Assembly: GCA_963816145.1 (NCBI GenBank)
Contig: CAWFJP010000029.1
Span: forward strand, 320,001 to 384,000
Reading direction: 5' to 3'
Source of the DNA: an uncultured delta proteobacterium
GTDB lineage: Bacteria > Desulfobacterota > Binatia > UBA9968
Length of the DNA: 64,000 bases
The notes under the pieces were generated by a model that ran no database searches, was not told the DNA's origin, and saw only the letters and a program-made list of their open reading frames with translations. This document shows, in pieces, positions 47,553 through 56,669 of the stretch. A program made the translations under genes and the position numbers. Position 1 is the stretch's first letter, and every line of letters starts with the position of its first letter.

Positions 47553-49025
47553 ATGCAAATCGATGACCTGAGGGATTACCTCGATATCCTGGAAGAATAT
47601 CAAGAAGTGCAGCGAATCGACGCCGAAGTGGATTGGAACTTGGAGATGGGCGCAATCACCCGGCGGGTTTACGATCTCGGTGCGCCGGCGGCGCTGTTCG
47701 AAAAGGTGAAAGGTTACCCTACTGGATTTCGCGCCCTCGGCGCACCATTGGGTACCAGCAGTCATCCCGGGCATGGGCAGTTCGCGCGAACCGCGCTAGC
47801 CATGCATATGCCGCCGTCGTCCTCGGCAAAAGAGATTATGTCGACCTATTTGCAGCGCAAGGAGAAACTGATCCCGCCGGTGATGGTCAAGACCGGACCG
47901 TGTAAAGAGAACATAGATATCGGCGATGCCGTCGATGTGCTTAAGTTTCCGATCCCCCTCATCCATGGCGGCGACGGTGGCCGCTATATCGGCACCTGGC
48001 ACACGGTGATTACCAAAGATCCGGAGAGCTCGTGGGTGAACTGGGGCATGTACAGATTGATGGTGCATGACCGCAATACCCTTGGTTGTCTGTTTCCGAT
48101 GCAGCAGCATATCGGCCAGATGTACCAAAAATACGAAGCGATGAATAAGCCGATGCCGGTGGCGGTGGCGATTGGCGGCCAGCCGGTCATTCCGCTGGTG
48201 AGCTGCGTAATGCTGCCGCCATATGTCAACGAAGCGGATGTCGCCGGCGCATTGCAGAACGCGCCGATTCCCATGGTCAAGTGCGAAACCGTCGATCTCG
48301 AAGTGCCGGCGTCAGCGGAGATCGTCATCGAGGGCGAGGTGTTGCCGCACGAACGTCGGACCGAAGGACCGTTTGGCGAATATATGGGCTATGAAGCCGG
48401 CAAGTCGTCGCCCAAACCGATACTCAAAATTAAAGCGATCACCTTCCGTAGCAATCCGATCTTGCCGTTTTCCAATATGGGCATGCCGGTGCATGAGGGG
48501 CAGACGGCCACGGCTTTGATTAAGGGCGCGGAGATCTACGCGGAATTAAAAAAACTCGGCTTGCCGGTCAAAGGCGTCTTTTGTCCGCCATTCGGTGTCG
48601 GACATATGTGTATCGTCTCAACCGAGGTGCCTTTCATCAACTTTGCCCGGCGCGTGGCCCATGCCGTGTGGGCGACCAAGCCTGGGTTGTTTGTCTATTA
48701 CATGGTGATTGTCGAGCCCGATGTCGATCCCACTAACATGGATGAAGTGCTACACGCGATCACGACCAAGTGCCACCCCGTCAACGGCATTCATCATGTG
48801 CCGCATATTCCCGGTTTCCCGGTGCTTCTACCGTTCCTCGCGCCGAAAGAACGGCTGATCGGCGACGCCGCAGGCGTCATATTTGACTGTACCTGGCCGA
48901 AGGATTGGCCCAAGGAGAGCATTCCGGAAAAGGCCAGTTTTGAAAATCTGTGGCCCAAGGAGCTTCAGGAGCGCGTCCTCAAAAACTGGGAGTCTTACGG
49001 ATTTACCACCGCGCGCGGTAAATAG
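47553..49025 (+). CDS. UbiD family prFMN-dependent (de)carboxylase
   Basis: DLRDYL, P.IHGGDGGRYI, NWGMYR, VPASAEIVIEG, EGPFGEY. Confidence 0.93.
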   Translation: MQIDDLRDYLDILEEYQEVQRIDAEVDWNLEMGAITRRVYDLGAPAALFEKVKGYPTGFRALGAPLGTSSHPGHGQFARTALAMHMPPSSSAKEIMSTYLQRKEKLIPPVMVKTGPCKENIDIGDAVDVLKFPIPLIHGGDGGRYIGTWHTVITKDPESSWVNWGMYRLMVHDRNTLGCLFPMQQHIGQMYQKYEAMNKPMPVAVAIGGQPVIPLVSCVMLPPYVNEADVAGALQNAPIPMVKCETVDLEVPASAEIVIEGEVLPHERRTEGPFGEYMGYEAGKSSPKPILKIKAITFRSNPILPFSNMGMPVHEGQTATALIKGAEIYAELKKLGLPVKGVFCPPFGVGHMCIVSTEVPFINFARRVAHAVWATKPGLFVYYMVIVEPDVDPTNMDEVLHAITTKCHPVNGIHHVPHIPGFPVLLPFLAPKERLIGDAAGVIFDCTWPKDWPKESIPEKASFENLWPKELQERVLKNWESYGFTTARGK

Positions 49026-49166
49026 CGCTAACCGAAGGGCTGTACGGCAAGCTGAGTTGTGTCACTTTGCCGTTTTTTTTATTCTTCTGACGGGCTTTGT
49101 GGCTTACAATAATCCCTTGATGCTTGCCGGCGGGTAGGCCGCGGCTAAAGGAGATTGTAAGTCCCC

Positions 49167-50426
49167 ATGGCGCGTACCGATACGATCGAGCTTTTCCCCT
49201 TCAGCCAAGGGGATTTCCAGAGGGAGCATGTCACACCGACCAAGTCCACCGTAATTTTGATTCGTTGGACGGTGGTAATCATCTGCGCCTACCTCATTAT
49301 CCATCGAGTCGAAAGCACAATTTCCGGAGATCTCTTAAATCTTCTGGTCGCGCTCTACATGGGGACCAACGTCGCCTTGTATTCGATCAAGGAGGAGATG
49401 TTTCGCCGACCGGCTTTTCATAGCTCGTTGCTGGTGCTCGATACCTTTGTCATTACCATATCGCTGATCGTCAACGGCAAAGTTGACAGCGAGTTTTTCC
49501 TCACGTTTTTCTTCCTGATTATTATTTGTTGTTTTTTTGAGAATACCAAAACCGTCGCCGTGATCTCGATACTAGCACCGTTGGGTTACGCGGCGCTCCT
49601 CTTTCATAGCGGCTCCTATGATGCGAGCGCTCTGTTGCGCTTCCCGTTTTTATTCGTTGTTTCATTGTTTTACGGTTATTTCATGCAGTTGGTAAGAACC
49701 CAGAAAGTGCTGCGCGAGCAAGCCGAACAGAAAAACCGCGGCAAGGCCGAACTACTCAACGTGCTTTCCCATGAATTGAAAACACCGCTCACCGTGATCA
49801 CCAGCTTTACCCAGGCGCTCAAAGGGGAAGTCCTAGGTAGCGTCACCGTCGATCAAAATGCTGCCTTGGGAAAAATTTTGCAGCAGTCCAATACCTTGCT
49901 GGAAATCATGAATGCCATTCTCGATACGGCTAGCATCGAGACCAGCGCAGCGGAAGTTCGTCGCGAGGAAGTCTCGTTAACCCAGATCTTGGAGGAGCTG
50001 AAGAATGGCTATGATGGGATTGGCGACAATAGTCAGCGTTTGCTTGTCTGGGATTATTCGGCGAGCCTGCCGAAAATCACGACCGATGGCGCCAAGCTGA
50101 AAATTATCCTGCGAAATCTTATTAACAACGCGATGAAGTTCACGGAAAAAGGAGAGATTCGCGTGACCGCCCGGCATCACGCCGGGCAAAACAGAGTGGA
50201 GTTTTCGATCATGGATACGGGCGTTGGTATCGACAAGGCGGAGACGGATCTGGTTTTTCACAAATTCTGGCAAGCCGACGCCGCCAAAATCAAAGATCAT
50301 GGCGGCATGGGACTGGGACTTTATATCGTTAGAGAATTCTGTGAGCTACTGGGTGGCTCGATAACCGTCCGTAGTGAGTTAGGTCACGGGTCGGAGTTCA
50401 AAGTTACCATGCCCGTAGCATGTTAG
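49167..50426 (+). CDS. Membrane sensor histidine kinase (orphan)
   Basis: Multiple TM helices, SHELKTPL, NLINNAMKFT, DTGVGI, GMGLGL. Confidence 0.93.
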   Translation: MARTDTIELFPFSQGDFQREHVTPTKSTVILIRWTVVIICAYLIIHRVESTISGDLLNLLVALYMGTNVALYSIKEEMFRRPAFHSSLLVLDTFVITISLIVNGKVDSEFFLTFFFLIIICCFFENTKTVAVISILAPLGYAALLFHSGSYDASALLRFPFLFVVSLFYGYFMQLVRTQKVLREQAEQKNRGKAELLNVLSHELKTPLTVITSFTQALKGEVLGSVTVDQNAALGKILQQSNTLLEIMNAILDTASIETSAAEVRREEVSLTQILEELKNGYDGIGDNSQRLLVWDYSASLPKITTDGAKLKIILRNLINNAMKFTEKGEIRVTARHHAGQNRVEFSIMDTGVGIDKAETDLVFHKFWQADAAKIKDHGGMGLGLYIVREFCELLGGSITVRSELGHGSEFKVTMPVAC

Positions 50427-50656
50427 TGAAGTTTCACCGTCTTTATCCAAGTTTTCAAACTCACAGCCGTTCACTGCATCACAAGCACTATTATCCGGCC
50501 GGCATGTTGGCATGTGTGCCAGCCCTGGGAGAATAATCGAAAAACGCTGTCAGGTGTCAGGATAGGAATGGCAGGACAATTGTGGCAAAGGGCTGAAAAG
50601 AATTGCTCTCGAAGCTCGTGTACCTCGCCAATATAAAGAAAAACTTTTTTGTCGGC

Positions 50657-50860
50657 CTATCCCGCTTTGGGTGCAAGGTTTTCTTCTTCCTGTACCCACT
50701 CTTGGAAGCGGCTTTCCAGTATGCGCCACTGTCCGCCGACCTTAAATGCCGGGATTTGCCGGTGCTGGATCATGCGGTGCAGGGTTCGCTTGGATATTTT
50801 AAGTATGCCGGCAGCTTCCGCGAGAGTAAGCAGCTTGATCGCGGTATCGGTTTTTTTCAT
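50657..50860 (-). CDS. HTH_17 (excisionase/BldC-like) small DNA-binding protein
   Basis: LLTLAEAAGILKISKRTLHRMI...IPAFKVGGQWRI, AGGAG RBS. Confidence 0.9.
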   Translation of the reverse strand: MKKTDTAIKLLTLAEAAGILKISKRTLHRMIQHRQIPAFKVGGQWRILESRFQEWVQEEENLAPKAG

Positions 50861-50891
50861 GGTGGTGGTACTCCTGCGGAGAGAATAAGCG

Positions 50892-50907
50892 AGCAAGTGA
50901 TATGCCA
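50892..50907 (-). promoter_or_regulatory. Sigma54 promoter of the HTH_17 gene
   Basis: Minus strand reads TGGCATATCACTTGCT, with the predicted start about 20 nt before ATG. Confidence 0.78.
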
Positions 50908-51180
50908 CCATCCCAACCGGGATTAACCCCTTGAAATTGAACAGTTCTGACGCAATTCGGGCTACGCCAAAAGATTTGCTTTAGGTCGAAAAACCGACAG
51001 ACTCGAACTGTTGATGACAAAAGTGGCGGTGGGCAAATTTGTACCTTTGCAATCAGGTGGAAAGCTTTGCAGTAACTGGAACTTGTCGGGACATGGTTAA
51101 GCAAAACTTGGAGCCTAAAAAGGAGCAATAAGTGGTTTCGAATTGGGATCAGAAATGCGAACTGAGGTGAGTTTAGAAGT

Positions 51181-51248
51181 TGGTGCGGGGAGCGGCATTT
51201 GAACCCGCAGCGATTTTTGGCACTAGCCCTTCAAACCAGTTTCTGCCA
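51181..51248 (-). repeat. Degenerate copy of the tRNA-Leu 3' portion (att-like site)
   Basis: TGGTGCGGGGAGCGGCATTTGAACCCGCA...GGCACTAGCCCTTCAAAC aligns with 52887-52956. Confidence 0.85.
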
Positions 51249-51671
51249 CACTGGTAAAGTTAAGTCAAGTCAACAAGTCAGCTCATAAATAGCTGTTTTT
51301 ATTAGCAAATATGACTTATTCTCATTCGGGCAGATCGTTTTCATTGCTACAGGTTTAGACCGATGTTTTAGTGATTTTTTGGAACGAGAATGTAACAAGG
51401 ATCTCCCGAGGGGGGGCGACCGGGGGTGCCACGGCCCCTGTCGGCGTTTATCATACTGCGAGGGTGTAGGCATTGGTGGACAATCTCGGCAGCTCTGGAC
51501 TTTTACGCAAAAGCGGACAAGACGACCAGCGACGGATGAGAAATTCCGCGCCACTTATTGACGCTAGGGGGAAGCAACGTAAAGGGCCTTCGGAAAGTTG
51601 TTGCTCAGTGAGGTCTTCACCACGGTCGTGGCCGTAACACCAGCACCAAAACAGAGGTGGGCCAAAGCATC

Positions 51672-51720
51672 AAGGCGGCACTCAATCAGTCTTTACTGGT
51701 TGGGTAGCCGCCTTTTTTTT
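51672..51720 (+). terminator. Long intrinsic terminator within the element
   Basis: AAGGCGGC-ACTCAATCAG / CTGGTTGGGT-A-GCCGCC plus T8. G-U pairs favour the + strand. Confidence 0.8.
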
Positions 51721-52099
51721 GCGGGTTCGATGGCACAGCCACCCGTGTCGCCGTCAGTCGACGCCGAGCAAAGCGATGCCCCAAAGCGCGCTAACGCAGA
51801 GGGGCATCTTACCACAACCACAACCACCGCAGGGGCGCGTGACGCCCGTTGACTACCCGGACCGCGTTATACGCCCCTCGGCACAAAAAGAAAAGGATTT
51901 TATTTTTATGGGATAAGTGTCTGTACCTGGATGTCAGTTCAAGTTGATTTAGAGCATGTGCCAATACTTCAATGTCGGAAAGGCAGTTACTTTCGGCGAG
52001 GATCATACCCAAGCGGCTTAAGTGCTGATTATTACGACAGCTGTCACCGGATCACGCGAACGAAAAGGGTATCTCTAGCACGTCGACTGAACTCGCAAT

Positions 52100-52805
52100 G
52101 AATCACTCACTGACACAAGGGTTTTGGCATTTCGGTGATACCGAGGTACTGACGCTTGCGCGACTGGATGGGGATAGGAAAACTTTATCTCTCGGCGTGT
52201 CGCTGACCAACGCGCGCGACGAGCCGAGGGGGCTCAATAAGGGGCGGCACAACTGGTGGGACGCGGAGCGGGCTGAGCGCGCGAAGGCGAAGACCCGGGC
52301 CTTGAGCTTGGGCGAGTGACTGGACCCGTACCTTCACCTCACGGTGAACGCACCATCTCCGGGACCAACCGGGCGCGCTGCCAGCACGTTAAAGGCCTCC
52401 TGGGCCGGCTGCCGTTGGCGGAGGTCACCCGTGTTTGTATCATGGAGTACAAGCAGCGGCGCCTGGCTGAACCGCTAACCCGTCACGGCAAGCCGGTTAA
52501 AGGCAGTCAGGTGCAGGGCGCCACCGTTAACCGCGAGATCAGCTGCCTGGTCGGCGCGTTGAACCTGGCGTGCGACCAAGGGCTGTGCGACGGCGCCCCC
52601 AAAGGTCAAGAAGGAGCGCGAGACCGCGCGTGAGCGGACGCTGACCGACGGGGAGTATCGGCACTAACCGCCGCCGAGCCCGCGAGGGTGCGGGACACCT
52701 GCTGGTCACCGCGAACGGGACCGCCATCGACCGCGAGGCGCTGCTCAGGCTCACCTGAAATGCGATTGGCGATGGTCTAGTCACGAATCTAGGGCGGCGG
52801 CCCAA
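52100..52805 (+). pseudogene. Tyrosine integrase remnant
   Basis: Frameshifted pieces: YKQRRLAE...ATVNREISCL..ALNLA, RERTLTDGEY, TAIDREALLRLT*. The catalytic C-terminus is missing. Confidence 0.75.
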
Positions 52806-52886
52806 GAATTTGTCACGAAATTGTAACGAGAGAAAAGTGACGTCGCGCGGTGAAGTCGATGCTTTTGACTACGGGCGTGAAAAGAT

Positions 52887-52973
52887 TGGTGCGAGGAGCG
52901 GGATTTGAACCCGCACGCCGTTTCCGGCACTAGCCCCTCAAACTAGCGCGTCTGCCGATTCCGCCACCCTCGC
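52887..52973 (-). tRNA. tRNA-Leu(GAG)
   Basis: Cloverleaf GCGAGGG...CCTCGC-A-CCA, anticodon loop TTGAGGG, long variable arm, GGTTCAAATCC. Lies downstream of secG. Confidence 0.97.
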
Positions 52974-52986
52974 AATAGGAAAAACC

Positions 52987-53373
52987 TTACGGATTTGGTG
53001 CTTTCGCTGGCTTCGTACTCTCTTGCGCTGCCGGTGTTGCTGGCGCCGGACCGGCTGCCGGTGCGGACTGCGGCTGTGCCGGCGCCACGGGTTGGGCATT
53101 CGGTACCGCCGCCGGTGTGCGGCTGTCGAATATTGTCGCCGATGGCTTCCGGCCAGCGAAATACCCGAGAGCCAACGAAGTGATCATGAAGACGATCGCC
53201 ATGCCAGTCGTCAAGCGGGTTAAAAAGTTGCCCGCGCCGCTGCTGCCAAAGATTGTTGAACTCGAACCGCCGAAGACCGCGCCAATCTCGGCGCCTTTGC
53301 CAGTCTGGAGCAGGACCACCAGAATGAGTCCAATGCTGACGATAACGTGCAAGATTGTGACTGCAATAATCAT
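52987..53373 (-). CDS. secG: Preprotein translocase subunit SecG
   Basis: VLLQTGKGA..G..FGG...FG..G..NFLTR.T. Confidence 0.96.
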   Translation of the reverse strand: MIIAVTILHVIVSIGLILVVLLQTGKGAEIGAVFGGSSSTIFGSSGAGNFLTRLTTGMAIVFMITSLALGYFAGRKPSATIFDSRTPAAVPNAQPVAPAQPQSAPAAGPAPATPAAQESTKPAKAPNP

Positions 53374-53379
53374 AAACCC

Positions 53380-54144
53380 TTACTTATTTGAGAATGCTCG
53401 AATAATCGGCAAAAATGTTTCGCTCTTCAAGCTCGCGCCGCCAACCAGTAGGCCGTTGATTTCTTCTACTGTAACCAGGCTATTGACGTTTTCCGGCCTA
53501 ACGCTGCCGCCGTACAGGATCCGTACTTGTTTCCCGGCTGAAGGCCCGAACCATTGTATCAGACGGTTGCGAATTTGGCTGTGAACCGCGCTGATCTGTT
53601 TGGGCGTCGCGTTCTGTCCCGTGCCGATGGCCCAGACTGGCTCGTATGCGATTTCGACATTGGCTATATCAGCTTTCGTCAATCCCTTCAATGCGATACG
53701 CAGTTGGCGGCGAATCACTGCCGCGGTTTTTCTTGATTGGCGTTCTTCCAGAGTTTCGCCAACGCATAAAATAGCCCGCATGCCCTGGCGAATTATCGGT
53801 GCCAGCTTGCGGGCAATCATAGCGTCGCTTTCGTGAAATTGGTGGCGCCGCTCCGAATGTCCAACGATAACATAATCGCAACCAAGTTCGCGTACCATAA
53901 TTGGACTGATCTCGCCGGTGTAGGCGCCCTGGGCTTCCCAGTGACAATTTTGCGCGGCGAGTCTTACTTTGCTGCCGCCGAGCGAGCGGCGGACCGCATT
54001 CAACGAGGTGAACGGCGGCGCTAGGACGATCTTTGCCCTGGCCGGGTTACGGCGCAGTGCGCGGACGATTTGCCGGGCCAAAAGCGCGCATTGAGCTTGA
54101 TCGCCATACATCTTCCAGTTGGCAACGACTAGGGGGGAACTCAT
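53380..54144 (-). CDS. tpiA: Triosephosphate isomerase
   Basis: ANWKM, VGHSERR, AYEPVWAIGTG, LYGGSV, LVGGASL. ATGA overlap with pgk. Confidence 0.97.
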   Translation of the reverse strand: MSSPLVVANWKMYGDQAQCALLARQIVRALRRNPARAKIVLAPPFTSLNAVRRSLGGSKVRLAAQNCHWEAQGAYTGEISPIMVRELGCDYVIVGHSERRHQFHESDAMIARKLAPIIRQGMRAILCVGETLEERQSRKTAAVIRRQLRIALKGLTKADIANVEIAYEPVWAIGTGQNATPKQISAVHSQIRNRLIQWFGPSAGKQVRILYGGSVRPENVNSLVTVEEINGLLVGGASLKSETFLPIIRAFSNK

Positions 54145-55319
54145 GGTTGGTCGTCCAGTGCTTTGATTCCTGGCAGTATTTTCCCTTCGAGAAATTCTAA
54201 AGTTGCGCCGCCACCGGTTGAAAGGTGGGCGATGCGTGAGCCTACCCCGGCTGCCGATACCGCCGCTACTGTGTCGCCGCCGGCGATGATGCCGATGACT
54301 GCGGGATGACTTTCGGCTAGGGCCTGTGCGAGCAATCGGCTTCCTTGGTCGTAGGGCGCAACTTCGAAAAGGCCCACCGGCCCGTTCCACAGGACTAGTT
54401 TTGCTTTCCTGATCTCGCCGGCGAATAATCGCGCCGTCTTAGGTCCGATATCGAGTCCCATACGGTCGGCTGGTATCGCGTTGTCGAAGGTTCGAGGATT
54501 TTTCTTCTCGCTGTCTCCTGCGACATGATCGACCGGCAACATGAGCTCTACACCGAGCTGTTTGGCTTGTTGCATCAGCTCTGCGGCCAATCCGACTTTG
54601 TCAGGCTCCAGGAGCGATTTGCCGATGTCGACGCCATCGGCCTTGAGGAAGGTATAGGCCATGCCACCGCCGATTAGTAGGGAGCTGACTTTAGGCAGCA
54701 GATTTCTAATGACGGCGATCTTGTCGGAGACTTTCGCGCCTCCCATGATCGTAACGAACGGTTTTGCCGGGTTTGCCAACAGCGGGCCCAGGTAGTCCAA
54801 TTCTTTCTGCAACAAGAGACCGGTCCCTTTGCTCGTGAAGTGCTTGGCGATGCCGACAATCGACGCGTGAGCGCGATGGGCCGCGCCGAAAGCGTCGTCG
54901 ACATAAACGTCGGCGAGGGCCGCCAGGGCGCGGGAAAAGTCTTCGTCGTTTTTTTCCTCTTCGGGGTGAAAGCGTAGATTCTCAAGTAGAACAACCTTGC
55001 TGTCTCCCGCGTGCACCAAGTTCTCGACTGCTGGGCCAACGCAATCGGTCGCCATGGCGACCGGAACATTTAGCGAGTCTTGCAAGCGGCGCTGCACTGG
55101 CGCCAGGCTGTACTTGTCGACGACTTTGCCGTCGGGACGACCCAGATGCGAGGCAATTATAATTTTCTTGGCGCGCTCCAAGATGAAGCGAATGGTCGGC
55201 AGTGCGCTGTCGATGCGATGAGTTTCGACGATTTTGCCGTCTTTGATCGGCACGTTAAAGTCGACGCGCAAGAAAACCGTCTTGTCGCGCAGGTCAAGCT
55301 CCGCTAGATTTCGAATCAT
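54141..55319 (-). CDS. pgk: Phosphoglycerate kinase
   Basis: RVDFNVP, SHLGRP, LLENLRF, GGAKVSDK, STGGGATLEFLEG. Confidence 0.98.
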   Translation of the reverse strand: MIRNLAELDLRDKTVFLRVDFNVPIKDGKIVETHRIDSALPTIRFILERAKKIIIASHLGRPDGKVVDKYSLAPVQRRLQDSLNVPVAMATDCVGPAVENLVHAGDSKVVLLENLRFHPEEEKNDEDFSRALAALADVYVDDAFGAAHRAHASIVGIAKHFTSKGTGLLLQKELDYLGPLLANPAKPFVTIMGGAKVSDKIAVIRNLLPKVSSLLIGGGMAYTFLKADGVDIGKSLLEPDKVGLAAELMQQAKQLGVELMLPVDHVAGDSEKKNPRTFDNAIPADRMGLDIGPKTARLFAGEIRKAKLVLWNGPVGLFEVAPYDQGSRLLAQALAESHPAVIGIIAGGDTVAAVSAAGVGSRIAHLSTGGGATLEFLEGKILPGIKALDDQP

Positions 55320-55422
55320 AAGATCGCCATCCGCTTGCGAAATATTTCCTAAAACGGGATTTCCTAATTGACTAATTACAAGGGTTGTAATAGTTTTTCA
55401 ATTATCCGCAGCAAAACTTGTG

Positions 55423-56163
55423 ATGGCTTTTCCCCGGTCGCTCAATCTATCAGTCCAAGACGCTCTACCGGCGCCGCACCAGCAAGGGATTCTCGACCTG
55501 GTACGGGGCTCCGGTTTGGTGGTCCAGGGGATCCTCTATATTCTCGTGTTTTTCTCGGTGATGAGCTGGGGCATTATCGCGCAGAAGTTACAGCAGATTC
55601 GGCGGGCCAAGAGAGAGTCGGCAAAGTTCATTGAAATATTCTGGGAGCGGCGAAATCTGTCGTCGATCCACGATGCCAGCCGCGAGTTGGCGTCGAGTCC
55701 GGTGGGGCAGGTGTTTCGCGCTGGTTACGAAGAGCTGGTCAGGGTGACTCGTTCTAAGAAAGAATCTTCGCTGGGGGAGAGTCTTACCACCGAACTGGGC
55801 GGTGTCGACAATGTCTCGCGGGCGATGCAGCGGGCGACCAGTGTGGAGATCACCAAACTGGAAAAATACTGCTCGTTTCTGGCCACGACGGCAAGCTCGG
55901 CGCCATTCGTCGGTTTATTCGGCACGGTTTGGGGTATCATGGACGCTTTCCGCGGCTTGAGCGTGACCCACTCTTCGAGCATCCAAGCGGTTGCGCCGGG
56001 TATTGCCGAAGCCTTGATCGCGACCGCAGTGGGGTTGGCGGCGGCGATCCCAGCTTTGATCGCTTATAATTATTTCGTTCAACAGATCAAAGTGCTCGCC
56101 GTGGAGATGGACAATTTTTCCCACGAATTTCTCAACATCGCCGAGCGCCACTTCTTCAAGTAA
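55423..56163 (+). CDS. tolQ: Tol-Pal protein TolQ
   Basis: APFVGLFGTVWGIM, VAPGIAEALIATA.GL.AAIPA. Confidence 0.95.
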   Translation: MAFPRSLNLSVQDALPAPHQQGILDLVRGSGLVVQGILYILVFFSVMSWGIIAQKLQQIRRAKRESAKFIEIFWERRNLSSIHDASRELASSPVGQVFRAGYEELVRVTRSKKESSLGESLTTELGGVDNVSRAMQRATSVEITKLEKYCSFLATTASSAPFVGLFGTVWGIMDAFRGLSVTHSSSIQAVAPGIAEALIATAVGLAAAIPALIAYNYFVQQIKVLAVEMDNFSHEFLNIAERHFFK

Positions 56164-56240
56164 CAAAATTAAAGCGTATACTCATAGACAGCGCTCAGCA
56201 GTATCGGTGTTGCTGTTGCGGATAAATTCAAGGACTAAAA

Positions 56241-56663
56241 ATGGCTATGGATGCATCGTCCCAACGTGACGGAACCACAATCGCGCAGATCAATGTGACG
56301 CCGTTGGTCGATGTCATGCTGGTTTTGTTGGTGATTTTCATGGTGACGGCGCCGATTATCCAGCAGGGTGTGCAGGTCAATTTGCCCGCGACTCGTAGCA
56401 GCGCCATTCCCGGAACTGAGGAGCATCTGGTGGTGACCGTGGCCAAGAACGGCAAGATCTATTTGAATGATAACGTCATGAGCCTCGGCGAAATCGGCGA
56501 GAAACTGCGCGCGATTGCCAAGGCTCAGCCGAACAAGCAGGTTTATCTGAGGGCCGATCAAGATGTCCGTTACGGTCTGGTGATGAAAACCATAGCCGAG
56601 ATCAAGCAGGCCGGCATTGAGCGCTTGGGTATGGTCACCCGGCCGCCGTCTGAAGGGGGTTAA
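56241..56663 (+). CDS. tolR: Tol-Pal protein TolR
   Basis: INVTPLVDVMLVLLVIFMVTAP. Confidence 0.95.
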   Translation: MAMDASSQRDGTTIAQINVTPLVDVMLVLLVIFMVTAPIIQQGVQVNLPATRSSAIPGTEEHLVVTVAKNGKIYLNDNVMSLGEIGEKLRAIAKAQPNKQVYLRADQDVRYGLVMKTIAEIKQAGIERLGMVTRPPSEGG

Positions 56664-56669
56664 TTATCG

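Larger units (their letters stand above)
51249..52886. mobile_element. Decayed tRNA-Leu-integrated element
   Basis: Bounded by the tRNA and its degenerate copy. Contains integrase remnants and arm-site-like TGT(C/A)AC(G/A)A repeats. Confidence 0.75.

Noticed and set aside
50657-50860. HTH_17 as the excisionase of the tRNA-Leu element
   Set aside because: It lies outside the att-bounded segment and has its own sigma54 promoter, although an older mobile origin cannot be excluded.
51181-51248. Second functional tRNA (apparent GAA anticodon)
   Set aside because: It lacks the 5' acceptor strand and has T-arm and variable-arm lesions, so it is a decayed att copy.
54145-54390. 336-aa TpiA with a long N-terminus
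   Set aside because: The extension overlaps pgk in another frame. The real start is ATG 54144.
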